Below are positions 13,370-27,215 of a stretch of 64,000 bases of DNA, piece by piece. This DNA is from Octopus vulgaris. Its lineage: Eukaryota. Under the pieces are notes generated by a model. The model saw nothing but the letters and a program-made list of their open reading frames with translations. It made no database searches and was not told where the DNA came from. Each line of letters opens with the position of its first letter. Position 1 is the first letter of the stretch. A program made the position numbers and the translations under genes. The stretch is from contig OX597823.1 of NCBI GenBank assembly GCA_951406725.2, forward strand, positions 113,708,001 through 113,772,000, in the 5' to 3' direction.

Positions 13370-13522
13370 CGAACCTAGCTTTCAATTGGTAATTGTTTTA
13401 TCGTCCCCGGAATTATAAAGGAAAAGTCGATGACGGGGAAATTTCAACTCACAGCGTAAAGATAAACAAATTGCCGCTAAGAATTTTAAGCCGCGTGCTA
13501 ACGATTCTGCCAAATCACCGCC
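13370..13522 (-). mobile_element. SINE family B, degenerate
   Basis: aaagtcga..aatttcaactca..ccgctaag..cgtgctaacgattctgcca matches the reverse complement of 57562-57792. Confidence 0.7.
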
Positions 13523-13605
13523 TTTACTTCACCAAATATTATGATATATGTATTTCATTTTCAAAAGCAAACAGTGTCTGCATCTCTCCTCACACTAATC
13601 GCATG

Positions 13606-13696
<91 letters not shown>

Positions 13697-15696
13697 GTGA
13701 CAATGAATCCCTAAATGCTGGTGATGTAAAAGTGACAATGAATCCCTAAATGCTGGTGATGTATAAGTGACAATGAGTCCCTAAATGCTGGTGATGTAAA
13801 ACTTTCGTGTGGCATTTTCCAGGGTGACTCACTGTCACCACTCCTTTTCTGTTTATCCTTAATACCTCTCTCAAAGCTGCTCAATGACGCGCAGTACGGG
13901 TATAACATGTTTGATAAAAATATAAATCATCTCATTTACATGGATGATTTAAAGCTTTTTGCAAAAAATGACCAACAACTCAAGGGCTTACTAGCGATAG
14001 TCAAACAATTCAGTGACGACATCAGAATGCAATTCGGCCTCGATAAATGTGCAAAAGCTATCTTTATCAAAGGAAAAATGACAGAAACATCTAACGTTAA
14101 CCTTGACCAGCAGAATGTCATAAAAGAACTAGACCCAGCGGAGAGCTACAAGTACCTAGGGGTAATTGAAGGGAACGGAATAAGGCATTCAGAGATGAAG
14201 GAAAGGATCAGGAGAGAATGCTATCGAAGAGTGAGAGCAATACTCAAGACACAGCTGAATGCAAGAAACAGGATCGAAGCGATCAATGCATTAGCCATAC
14301 CAGTCGTGACTTACAGTTTCAATATTGTTAACTGGTCAATTACTGAAATATGTCAGCTCGACAGGAAAATAAGGAAACTGTTGACAATGCATAGAATGCA
14401 CCACCCTAAGGCAGATACAGAACGACTCTATCTGCCAAGAAAAGAGGGAGGCCGTGGTCTTTTGCAACTGGCAATAACAAGGAAGATTGCTACAATTGGC
14501 CTAGACACCTACCTGAAAAACTATGAGGACTGGATGTTAAAACTTGTCTCAAAACATGAAAACAAGAAAGCATCATACTCAGTCACAAAACATGCAAAGG
14601 AATATCTAAGTGATATTCCGAATACAACCAATTTCGGAATTAGAGATAGACATACAAGAAACAAGCACAGAAAAAGCTAGGCGCATGAAAACCCGTGCCA
14701 AAACTGCGGCCTTAGATATTCTGAATAATAAATGGCAAGGAAAACCTCTCTATGGCAAATACCCAAAGAGAGCGAATAATGCAGATATTGACAAAGCCCT
14801 GACTCATCAATGGCTAATGGCCTCTGGCTTAAAATCTGAAACAGAGGGGTTTATCATAGCAGCTCAAGATCAATGCCTACCAACAAGAAACTACCAGGGC
14901 CAACATATTAAAGAACGGCAGTAGCCCAACATGTCGTGTATGCCGACAACAAAATGAAACCATTGATCATATTGTCTCCAAATGCAGTCTTCTAGCGCCT
15001 TACAGAGTACCTCAACAGGCATGATAGAGCTGCACAATATATTCACTGGGTAATTTGCAAAAACCTGGATTTGCCCCATGAAAAAAACTGGTGGGAACAC
15101 AATCCACATCCAGTGCTTGAAAATGACATCTCACTCCTCTGGAACTTCACCATTCAAACTGACAGGAAGATAGATGCAAATAGGTCAGACATCATATTGA
15201 AAGACTTCAGACAAAGAACATGACTCCTCATTGATATGACTGTCCCAATCGATATAAACGTATCTGTCAAGACCTACCAAAAACTGAGCAAATATAAAGA
15301 TCTTGAAATAGAAATCAGCAAAATGTGGAACCTGAAGACTAAAACAATACCTGTTGTCATAGGTGCCCTGGGAATGATAGCGAAAGGGACTGATTGCTAC
15401 CTAACTCAGATACCAGGAAACCCCAAAATGGCAGAAATTCAAAAGATAGTGCTCATGGGAACTGCTCATATCCTACGCAAAATACTCTCTATGTAATCCC
15501 AAGGTTTAAAACAAACTTTTTATTTATTTATTTTTTATTTATTTAAATTTTATTTTTATGTATTAGGCATTCACTAGTACAACACCCAAAAAACCCCCAA
15601 ATATATGGCACAGAACTTCCAACCTGTTGTCTCTTGAGGTCTCTGGGTGAGACTTGCAGCCAACTTGTACAGACATAAAGCAAAAGTCAAACATAG
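13697..15696 (+). mobile_element. 5'-truncated R4/Dong-like non-LTR retrotransposon (RT, CCHC, restriction-like endonuclease) inserted in (AAT)n; a few frameshifts and stops
   Basis: GIFQGDSLSPLLFCL, HLIYMDDLKLF, YKYLG, CRVC..ETIDHIVSKC, RHD, D..VP.D..K..KY.DL; (AAT)n on both sides. Confidence 0.93.
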
Positions 15697-15747
15697 AATA
15701 ATAATAATAATAATAATAACAATAATGATAATAATAATAATAATAAC

Positions 15748-15872
<125 letters not shown>

Positions 15873-16568
15873 GTAGAGTATAAATTAAGAGTGGAGTATA
15901 AATTAAGACATGACAGAGTTGGCCAATGTCTACACTGGCTAATAAATCGGCATTACAATATCAAAACTGCCGACAAGTGGTATAATCACCACCCTGAAGC
16001 TGTAACTGAAGGAGAAAATGTAACGATTCTGTGGGACTTTCCAGTACATACAGACCGAACCATCAAAGCCAATAAACCAGATATTGTTGTGAAAGACAAA
16101 AACAATAAAGTTTGCTTATTGATCGACATGAGCATCCCCTGTGATCATAATATCTCGGCGAAAGAGTTTCACAAGCTCAGAAAATATAAAGACCTGCTCA
16201 TTGAAATTGAGAAAATGTGGCATCTCAAGGCGGTTACAATACCAGTGATCGTAGGAGCACTAGGAATGATCAAGAAGGGAACCGAAAATTATATGAGAAT
16301 GATCCCTGGCTTACCATCCCTGCAAGAAGTGCAAAAGATTGTCTTAACTGGTACATCACACGTATTGAGAAGGGCATTGTCGCTGTGAGAGCTGTTACTG
16401 CCCATGTATTTTAATTTAACCCTAAAAATAAAAAAAATAATAAAAAAAATGAACGAACTATTGAGTTTGGTTTAATGACCTACCAATGTTTACTGTGAGT
16501 TTCTTTGCCCTAAGAGTCGGGAAGACACTCGGCAAGAAATGGAAGCAAATTTGAAAGAAGAAAAAAAA
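15873..16568 (+). mobile_element. Second, divergent R4/Dong-like element: 3' end only (RLE domain and 3' UTR)
   Basis: YKLRHDRVG..LHW, ILWDFPVHTDRTIKANKPDIVV, LIDMSIPCD, K.RKYKDL..E; begins directly after (AAT)n. Confidence 0.92.
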
Positions 16569-16578
16569 ATAATAATAG

Positions 16579-16636
<58 letters not shown>

Positions 16637-16638
<2 letters not shown>

Positions 16639-16923
16639 CAACAATTGAGGGTAAAATTAATTAATTATTAATCAATTTCACCAAGTGTTCAGTATGCAAA
16701 GGGACCATTTAAGGCGAATTCAAATTATTACATTATATAAAAGGGCTTAGTAAAATAAATTACTTTGCCACATACTGAACTCATTAGAAATAGCAGCCAA
16801 AAAAACTTTTTAAAACTATTTCTAATACTTAAAGAAAATCTCTCTCATATATAGTGTTTGCTCAATTCAACTCACAAAAAAGTTTTTTTGGCTGCTATTT
16901 CTAATGAGTTCAGTATGTGGCAA

Positions 16924-16927
<4 letters not shown>
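16637..16927. mobile_element. (TA)n-flanked element with ~50-bp internal inverted repeat (16762-16811 / 16876-16926); related fragment at ~3135-3200
   Basis: actttgccacatactgaactcattagaaatagcagccaaaa and its reverse complement; ggctgctatttct..agttc.gt.tgtgg shared with ~3160. Confidence 0.75.
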
Positions 16928-16977
<50 letters not shown>

Positions 16978-17673
16978 CATACCATTGGAAGCAAAGAATT
17001 ACTGAGATACATCAAATAATTTAAAAGAGAATCTGAATTTACGCTGGAAAACATGACCGGCACCTTCCAGAGTTTATAGATTCGAACGTGTAAATGTAAA
17101 TTTAAATGTACAATGACATTCATAACCCTATTTCATTTTGCCATACTTCACTGTCAACTAAACGAACCATAATTATTTGGGGGCGAGCACAATGCTTTCC
17201 ATTCAATTTTCACTGAAGTTTACGAAAACGATTTCCCCCTTTCTGCGACTAGTTTTTGTTTAGCAACATAAAGGTTACTTTGATACATCAAATGCACCAA
17301 AACTTTTCAAACCTACCTCAGCCCTAGAGTGGGAAAATACGGTAAGTTATTTTGTCAAAAATAATATCGAAACATGTCCATTTAATTACGTTATATCAAA
17401 CCTTTATTAATTCAAAACTGCGTTATAAAGGACAAGATTGTCTTCGGTAAGATTTGACCTCAGTATCTAAAGAGCTGGAAGTAATTACAAGGCAGGTTTT
17501 GAATTGGCACTGAGACGACAATGTCAATTCAACGACTATTACTTAACAAACGAAAGTTTGCCTGCCATGGCTCTGCAATTTATTTGTGTTCGTTCATTCT
17601 ACGTTTGTGTTCAGACATAAACACACTTACAAACATATGCATATATGTATCTCAACGCACCTATGTATACGTG

Positions 17674-17735
<62 letters not shown>

Positions 17736-17833
17736 AAGTTTTGAGAAAAAGCTCCAAGTGATGCTATATATAGATTTAAACATGTGTGGGTGTGCAAGTA
17801 TATATGCATAATTATAAATTATATATATATATG

Positions 17834-17870
<37 letters not shown>

Positions 17871-17884
17871 TGTGAGTGTGTATG

Positions 17885-17918
<34 letters not shown>

Positions 17919-19279
17919 TGTATGTTTATATGTATGTAGTGAGAGGTTCGAGACAAATTTCCAAGAGATGACGTATATTTATACATGTGTGTATGTATAT
18001 ATACATAATTATAAATTATATATGTATACACACACACACACACACGCGCACACATATATGTATGCATGTAAGTAAGTAGGTAGGTAGGTAGGTAGGTAGG
18101 TAGGTAGGTGGGTAGGCAGGCAGGACGCGATGGAGGGATGGTACTACGTACGTGCGTATGTATGTATGCGCATGTATATAAGTGTGATATAGCACTTCTA
18201 AACTGAGGTTGGTGTACAGTTATTAAACCTATTTTGTATAACTAAAGTGTGATAAGAAAGATAGATGTTGTACTTAATTAAATGTAATTATACAAAATAT
18301 ATGCTATTTATTTTATCGATCCGTGAGAATTATTGTTACTTATATGTAGAAATTTGGATGGAAATTTACTTGGAATAAATAATTATATATTAGGAAATAA
18401 TCGAATTATATTAGTTCTTATATTAAGTATTATGTAACTTGAATGTAATGTACATTCTCATCTATATATCATTTACTATTAAGTCAATGTAATTTTAGAA
18501 ACTTTGTGCAACTTAATTTTAGTTTTATCATCGAGTCGCAGGAAATGTGTCTGGAGTTGGTGAAACATCGTTTCATGTTCATATTGCAAAGACTGCTGAG
18601 TTGTGTGTAACTTCGCTCGGTATGACGTTCAAACATAGACTATTGATATACTGTGGCTGGTTGGTTTGGTAACGTCAAGTATTCTCCTGTTTCAGTTCTA
18701 ATATAAGAAAACTTATTGCTTCGTTTGCAAAATCATATTTCAAATACGAAATTTTATAACGGGTTCAGTCAAATGTTAACATTTGGTCATTAATTAAGCC
18801 ATATATCGCAAACTATTTGGTGATATATCACAAAATAACTTCGATTGGAAGACGCCAATCTAGTCCATCCAGCAAGTTGCAGCTATTTGTTTTATTAAAC
18901 GCAAATAAATGTTGTTTCCTTGAAGTTTTAAGTTCGAGATCAACGCGGAAAACAAGGTACAAGCTGCCCCAAGGTGTTAGTGTGATGTTGTATCAGACTT
19001 CAACATTTTCCTTACAGGATTTACCCTTTTTTTACCCCAGATTCTACATGCTGTTAGTTCATATATATATATTTATCTCTCTATCTGTCTGTGCATCCAT
19101 CCATATCTGTGTAGTGCACCACAATCATTCGCATTACTGCCTTTAATGTGTTATGTGTGCGTGTATGTGTTTACATTAATTCGGGAATAACAAATAGGTA
19201 CACAAGCGTGTGTCTGTCTGTACGTATGTACGTGTGTATACATATATACACTCATATCTATCAATCTATCAATCTATCA

Positions 19280-19350
<71 letters not shown>

Positions 19351-19356
19351 AATCTA

Positions 19357-19424
<68 letters not shown>

Positions 19425-19544
19425 TATACAAACATATATATATATATGCATGTATAGATAGATATGCGAGTATATATGTATACACACATACATACGTGCA
19501 CACAGACATACGCTTGTGTATCTATTTGTATATCTATCTCTCTA

Positions 19545-19601
<57 letters not shown>

Positions 19602-20190
19602 ATGTGTGTGTGTATGCGTGTGCTTTTGTGCCTGTAAAATTATTTGCGTGAATGCATATGCAAATACGTGTGTATATGTAGAAATTGATGCTTCCTTATG
19701 CATATATAGTTGAATATAAGCTAATAAATCATTTTATAATAGAATATCATTAATATGATCAATTGCCGAAGTCAAACAGGGTTAACAGAACTATTGGGAT
19801 TTACGTGGAGAATTCTAATGATTTCTATCTCCATGAATGATATTAGAAAATTTATTATTGTCACAGAGATTTGGATACGCAGTCCCGTCAGCAATTTTGT
19901 CTAATTCCACCTAGCGGTATTTTAATCAGAACAAATGCTATATTGTAATCATTTAGCCACTTATGGAATTGATGCAATAATCGCATATATTGTGAAATTT
20001 TGTGTCTGTATAGAATTTCTCCGCTGTTTCCCAGTAGGCCTGATATATCTATACATTAAATCAGGTCTTTTCGTTAGGTTTCAATGTTATCTGAGTGTAA
20101 GTTTCCAATGTAGCAGCGTTGAATAAGTTCGTGCAGGTGTATGGACAAACATATAAATATATGTGTGTGTGTGTGAGTATATATATATAT

Positions 20191-20246
20191 ACATAAATAT
20201 GCATGTTATAAATAAGGGTAGCGATTTTTATACATATATATATACA

Positions 20247-20322
<76 letters not shown>

Positions 20323-20375
20323 AATATGCATGTTATAAATAAGGGTAGCGATTTTTATACATATATATATACACA

Positions 20376-20380
<5 letters not shown>
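20191..20380 (+). repeat. Tandem duplication of a ~60-bp unit separated by (TA)n
   Basis: acataaatatgcatgttataaataagggtagcgatttttatacatat occurs at ~20191 and ~20317. Confidence 0.85.
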
Positions 20381-20425
<45 letters not shown>

Positions 20426-20426
<1 letters not shown>

Positions 20427-20717
20427 TGTTATATTTCGGAATGGTCATATTGCCAGTTTAGCCAATAAAAACACCCGCACTACATATTTGGTGTTATTTT
20501 GCTTCAGTGTTATTTATTTTTTACATTAATCTTAATCTTATTTATTTCGGCTAGAGTTCTTTCGTCACACTCCTGTGACCGCAACAGTGGTCCTTTGTTT
20601 TCTTCTTTCTTTTTGTGTCTCTCCTTACTAACCGTCAGCCATTTATTGGCTAAACTGGCAATATGACCATTCCGAAATATAACAAAATCTGTTTCAACAC
20701 ACGACTTAACATTTGCG

Positions 20718-20722
<5 letters not shown>
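20426..20722 (-). mobile_element. Copy of the 6692 element with a mutated hammerhead core and an inverted partial terminal duplication
   Basis: Core reads CUGUUGC at 20551-20590 (stem II intact); ~20641-20722 is the reverse complement of the element terminus. Confidence 0.8.
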
Positions 20723-20763
<41 letters not shown>

Positions 20764-20870
20764 TCACATATTTACATATATATACATATATATGCATATA
20801 TATATATATATATATATATACATATGCGTGTGTATGCATTATGTATATATAGGTATGGATATTCTTTTGT

Positions 20871-21222
20871 TTCTTCTTTCATTTGTTTCAGTCAAGTGAC
20901 TATGGCTATGCTGAAGCACTGTCTTTGGTCGAGCAAAATCGACCACAAGACTTATTGTTAGTAAGTTTAGTACTTTTTCTATCTGTCTCTTTTACAGAAT
21001 TGTTAAGTTACGGGAAGGTAAACACACCAGCATCGGTTGTCAAACGATGTTGGGGGGAAAACAAAGTCACACAAACAGATACACACATACATACATATAT
21101 ACGACGAGCTTCTTTCAGTTTCCGTCTACCAAATCCACTCTCCAGGCTTTGGTTGGCCCATGGCTATAGTAGACGACACTTACCCAAGGTGCCACGTAGT
21201 GGAACTGAACTCTGAAACATGT
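20871..21222 (-). mobile_element. tRNA-derived SINE family A (CORE-like), interrupted at its head by the LINE remnant
   Basis: cttctttcagtttccgtctaccaaatccactc..cccaaggtgccacg, shared with the 30004, 34493, 52373 and 61667 copies. Confidence 0.85.
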
Positions 21223-22621
21223 GCCATAAAGGCACGATACAGAGTAGCTTGCGGGCTGGACAGAGTCATCGCTGAGGTGAATCATGATAAGGTTACTATT
21301 AATGGGAGAATATTAAAAAGAAGAGGTGATTTTCCACCACCTCTTCTACCTCTCCGCCTCTGTAGAAGAAGACTAACATTTCCTCTTCCTCCGGGTACGA
21401 GGTTGTCACTTCTACCGTTGGCGGCACAATTCTCCCCAACGTTGTCTCTCACCTGCCGGTGGCAAAACCCCTACCTGCAAGGTTCCGGTACATCCCGGTG
21501 CTATATCACCGACTGCCGGCAATGTCCCCTTTCTTTTCCTCTTCCTCTTTTTTTCCTTTCAACTGAGGAAGGGTGCGTCTCCTTAGTGACCGGGATATTC
21601 ACCTCCCCTCCCTCATCCCCAGGATCCTTCGGTGAGCACCCATTGTTGCTCACCTTCTTCCTCCTGCGGTCCTTCACTGAGGAGTCCTCCGTCTCCTCAG
21701 CCGCCTTCGTTCACTCTTCTACAGAGGTTTCAATTGACTGCTCTAGGACTTTGCTTTGTTCCTCAGGACAGTTTTCCTTTATATGGCCAGGCAACAGGCA
21801 CTGATGAAACCTGGGGAGGCACACTCAAGAATCACCGGGTACTCGCACCCCGCCATTTTAAAAAGATCTGGCATAACCAGATTCATACCTGATTGGGTCC
21901 ACAGGGTCAAACAGTTTTTGACCCAAACCAATCAGCCGCTGGAAGAATTTTCACTTTGAAGAGCCTGGCTCCGCTGCCCAACAGACCCGACTGATAATAT
22001 CCTCTATCCACTGGGGTTCAATTCCGGGTGGCAAACCACAAACCCATGCCCTCGTCGATTTTTTCCCACAATACGTGGAAAAAACATTTCTATAGCCTCA
22101 ATGAACTGGCTCGCAAAACTGCGAGCCTCCTCTGGGTGTCAAACAGCAACCACCCCGTTGCATGCTTGACTCCCCTAGAGATATACTTAATGGTTGGCAC
22201 ATGTTCCGCCGACTCCTGCTCAATCATCTGCTTGGATAAGATAGTAATGGTGTCGAGAACCTTCGAATAAGTTCTTAACACCACCGTTCTCCCCTCTTGC
22301 TGTCTGAGCCACACCTTAAGTGGGACAGTCTCCCATTCTACAATCTTTAAATTAAGAAATAAAAAGGTCCAAAACAATAGTTCACCAAATAGGAAAGAGA
22401 GAATTCAAAAGGAAACAAAAGGGAAGAAGAAAAAAAGTTCAATAAAAAAAATCACAATAGAAGAAGAAAACAACAGTTCAAAAAAACACAGCAAATAATC
22501 TTCTGAGCATTCAGGTACTCCAAGTCGTACGGTACTCCAATTAGAACTTGGACTGCTCCACTTGAAACACAGCTTTCCAACGTAGTTGTAAAATACACAC
22601 TATTTACAAACAGCGAACGAC
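21223..22621 (-). mobile_element. Internally deleted LINE (L1/Tx1-like): degenerate gag-like ORF1 joined to a 3' tail
   Basis: GC-rich block; minus-strand PRFHQCLLPGHIKENCPE at ~21765-21815 is a CX2CX4HX4C knuckle with the first C lost; ORF 22090-22377; no RT seen. Confidence 0.6.
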
Positions 22622-23558
22622 TTTTGTTTTTTATTGTCATTTTATTCCGTCTCTAAATATCTCAAAGCTTCAAAAGGAAAGCTAGTGCTGCTTAGCCGTT
22701 AGAAGGAGCTCCAGTGGCGACTGTAGGCCAAGCTGACTGAAACAGTGTACAATTAACAGCATAAAAGCCAACGGATAATGCTTGGTTGAGTAAATTCAAG
22801 TTCACTTGCTCTGCTATCATTGAGGCATATCTACCCAATTAACCCAGTAAGCATAAAGAACAAAAGCAGAAAACACCCAGCTAGATTTGCAAAGTTATTC
22901 TATCTGTATTGAAGAAAAGTAATATGAGATGGAGATAAAACAAAAAGACATCAGCCCAACTCTGAGCAATTACGTATTACTGAAAACCATAGCTGGGAAG
23001 ACCATTAATAAAAATATCGAACGATGAAAAGAGCTCTACTCACAGCTCTACTCTACTGTAGACAACTTCGATAGAGCGCTAGACAGGTAGAGTTGTCGGC
23101 TGCTGAGGGCCTGTGTAAAATCATTGACTGTCATCCCACTAGATCAAAGGGTAGGTTCTTCTATAGCATCGACGTAATAAAGTCCGTAATTTTAAACAAT
23201 TCGTATTGGCATCTCATTTCATTTTTCGTTAGCTATTGTTTTTTTCGTTTATTTTTCACTTCTTTTCATTCTTCCTTCTGTCACTGTAAGCAATTTTTCC
23301 AACTCACCTAGTACTCTCAAGACACTGAGTGTTGGGTAAACATCTATCAATATATTGCAGAGGTAGAGTTCTATTTTGAAGAGTGTTTGTCGATCAAATC
23401 GACACTGACGCATATGAAATTATTGGTCGCATTTATGTCTGGATGCTGAGTTACTACAAAAAAAACATTCCGGTTGGCGAAGGGTGTGGCGAAGGGTGTA
23501 GCCGTGTAAGACAAACCACATGCAGCTGCTTATACTCTACACACATTCACACACACAC

Positions 23559-23690
<132 letters not shown>

Positions 23691-23736
23691 ATATATATAT
23701 ATATATATACATATATACACAGAGGCATATATATGC

Positions 23737-23790
<54 letters not shown>

Positions 23791-25007
23791 AGAGAGAACG
23801 AGAGTGAAGCAGGGGGGGTTGTATTGGTGGTGCCTGTGGTTTTTATTTAGAAAAGAATGAATAATTTTGATTTAAGTTTTGTCATAATGGGCAAATATTT
23901 CTTTGCACATACATTTTTATATTTCCTCCTCCTCTCCTGCTCGTTCTCCTCTTTCTATATCTCCCTCCTCTCGCATTTCTCCTATATCTCTCACCTCTCT
24001 TGCGTTTACCCCTCCTCTCTTCTCTCCTTGCATCTACTTCCCCCTTCCTCTCTTTGAATCATCAATAGTGTAAGATGTGTTAGATATGTTTTGGAATTGA
24101 TATATTTCATCTAATTCATGAAAGAGTTACATTTCTCCAATATCAGCATTAGCATCAAGTTCAGAATTTGACATGAATGGAATTCATACCGGTTGCATTA
24201 TTCATAACCACTGAAATATCGATAGATGTCAGAGATAAACCAATTTATTTTTTCTAATATTTTTATTCCTGCGTGTGTACATTTGCGAACATGCGTGTAT
24301 GTATGTAAATATGTGTGTATGTGTGTATGCATTTATGTATCTATCCAGGAGCATATTAATGAATGTATTCTAATATACATGAATGTATCGTCCATGTATT
24401 TATATAAATATATAAATGAATGTATATATTTTATGTCCAAGTCATAGCAGAGTCGATTGTGCCCGTGCATCTTTCCAGATACTCCGGGAATGGGTGATAA
24501 AAGCGAGGAGAAAACCATGATATGTATGTTGTGTGGATTGCATTGTGTATTACATTGAAAATTATTGATAAATTTCCAAGATCCTTAAAACCATATAGAG
24601 AGTTCTAATCTTTAATCTTCCATTCCAGTTCGTTAAACTTCTAATTCTACCTTTTATATTTCGACAATAATTTCTCTATTTACTGTAAAGACACGCCACC
24701 ATTTCTCTTCAGTCTAAAAATACCCATTCTTGGCAAGCAGGTAAAGCACTATTCTTGCTATTTTGTCTTAATCAACACCGCTCTCTATAATGTATGTACA
24801 TCTCACACATCATATATTTGCCATTTTGCCATAAGCAGTACATGAAAATATGACACCATGCAACAAAACAGCTCAATGCACTGTGTGACTACATTACGCA
24901 ACTAACATACGAAACACAAAGAATCATTCATAATAAAACAAAGTCCGAAACAAGATAAGAGAGATGCAGCATAAGTAAACGCTATTATACGTCTCCAAAT
25001 GCTATCC

Positions 25008-25221
25008 GCGACGAGCTGGCACACACGTTATCTTAGCGGTATTTCGTCTGCCGTTCCGTTGTGAGTTCAAATTCCGCCGAGGTCGACTTTACCTTTCATC
25101 CTCTCGGGGTCGATTAAATAAGTACCAGTTACGCACTGGGGTCGATATAATCGACTTCATCCCTTTGTCTGTCTTTGTTTGGCCCCTCTATGTTTAGCCC
25201 CTTGTGGGCAATAAAGAAATA
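25008..25221 (+). mobile_element. SINE family B
   Basis: cgagctggca..gagttcaaattccgccgaggtcgac (B-box-like)..tttagccccttgtgggcaataaagaaat. Confidence 0.88.
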
Positions 25222-25864
25222 TATACGTCTCCAAATGCACACATCTCGTGAATACGGAAGACCACATGGAGCATAGTACAGAAAAAAATTGCTTGGAAAT
25301 TGTCGGAAAATTATGATAAGAGTAATAATCGTAATGATAGTGTAGCGGTGTTGTTTTGGAAAGGTGGTACTGGATGTAACCATCTGCTGAGGCTACTGAT
25401 TCGGGCTATCGCCTGATATAAGCAGGGAAGCCAGATTTCTTCAAGTGTTGTTGTGGTGGAGTCGTTGTGCATTTTATTCAGATATGTGGGAGTGTGGTTT
25501 GTTTTAGTGATATTGTTAGGATTTCTGTGTTTCGTTCAGAGTGTGACTCGTTTATGAATTTTTTATCTTTTGCTTGATTTTATTTTTCTTCGTTGCTCTT
25601 CCTCTTCGCAACATGACTACCATATGCAACTTTCTAGTTGCATATGGTAGTTATGGTTAGTTATAGCGCGAGGACTAAATTTTGTAGAACTCCAGGATTC
25701 CAAACTTCTTTGCCTTGCTCATAAATTGTATATCGAGCATTACAGCACCGAGGTGACTTCCATGTTTAGTGGACGCTGTTGCTTCTAAGAGTCTTGCTTC
25801 TAAAGTTCTTGTCGAAAAACTGATGCAAAAACGTTTTCCATGTATTTGTGAATATTTTACTGTT

Positions 25865-25997
25865 ACTTATTTTATCGACCCCGAATGGATCAAAGTCTAA
25901 GTCAACCAGCGCGGAATTTGAACTCAGGAAATACTTCTGAATATTTTCTCCAATTATTTCTGAACAGGCATGCTAACGATTTTGCCAAATCACTGCA
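25865..25997 (-). mobile_element. SINE family B fragment
   Basis: ttttatcgaccccgaa..cggaatttgaactcag..atgctaacgattttgcca. Confidence 0.65.
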
Positions 25998-25998
25998 C

Positions 25999-26051
<53 letters not shown>

Positions 26052-26924
26052 GTAATAATGATAATAATAATAACAACAACAATAATAATAATGATGATGA
26101 TAATAATTATCATAACTAACTGAATTTTGCATTAATTTACATTTCGACGAATACATATCGGTCTTATTAAATTTTTTTTTCCAATTCTGAAAATGGAAAT
26201 GTAAAATAAATACGAGTTAACAGTATTATGTCGAAATAATAGCTGCGCTGGTTCTCTGGTGGTTATTGTATTAGAAGACCTATTTTATTTCGTAGTGAAA
26301 ATTATTATATTCACGTATCAGGTTTAAGGCGTGATTAAAACAATTGACTTCTAACGCTGGAATCTTAATGAAGCAAAACTGTTATTGTCACTAACAGCAT
26401 TCTACCTCAACACCGTCATCACTTCCACTGAAAATTAACTATAAAAGATGCGACATAATAGAAACCATTTGTGACTTTGAAAAGAAATTTTGGTTTCACG
26501 AAAACATTCGAGAGAAATCTAAAGAGAGACTACAAAGCCATAAAGACTCTTCGTTCAAAAACAGAATAAATAATATAAAAATTAAATACGCGATAATTCG
26601 TGTAAAGAGGATGATAAATTCTGTAATGGAAATCTGCTGCAATTGTTTGAGCTGAATGACTTCTTTTTCTTTTCTTTTTTTCCACATATTTCTATGAGTT
26701 AACCTGTTATTCAATATCCTTTATTAGGTGATACGGATAGCAGACAATTCAATATGTGCAAAATTCACACATATACAATCGCACAAGTAAAAAAACAAAA
26801 CATGAGTTAATGAATCGACCGTCGGTCTTGACAATGAATATTGTAGCTGTTCACTCAAAGGAAATATCACATCATTTAATTACAATGTAATTGACTAAGC
26901 ATTCCCCAAACGCGTGTAACTAAA

Positions 26925-27215
26925 CTATTTATGCTGACACTCCGTCAGTTACGACGACGAAGGTTCCAGTTGATCCGATCAACAGAACAGCCAGCTCGTG
27001 AAATTAACGTTCAAGTGGCTGAGAGCTCCAAAGATACTTATATTATTGACGTAATTCACCGGGAAATTCAGCGTTATACAGAATCTGACAAGACTAGCCC
27101 TTTGAAATACAAGTACTACTCAATTTTTGCCAGTTGATTAGACTAGAGCAATGTTAAATATAGGGTCCCGCGCAAGGATATAATGCGCCGCGTGACCCTA
27201 AGCCACGCGTCTTTA
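26925..27215 (-). mobile_element. SINE family C
   Basis: ctgacactccgtcagttacgacgacg..gttccagttgatccgatcaac..actcaatttttgccag..ctagagcaa; homologous to 11550-11705. Confidence 0.65.

Noticed and set aside
13697-13801. 35-bp direct repeats of CRISPR-like length
   Set aside because: No spacers and no cas genes; the unit is part of the retrotransposon RT coding sequence
16660-16795. Minus-strand CUAAUGA plus an 11-bp stem and a later GAAA
   Set aside because: G5 is missing, 7 extra nucleotides precede GAAA and stem I is poor; not called a ribozyme
21037-21804. 255-aa plus-strand ORF
   Set aside because: Antisense read-through of a SINE and the GC-rich LINE remnant; no domain recognisable
25612-25655. 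20-bp-arm hairpin
   Set aside because: Isolated, with no TSD, second copy or RNA motif; function unsupported
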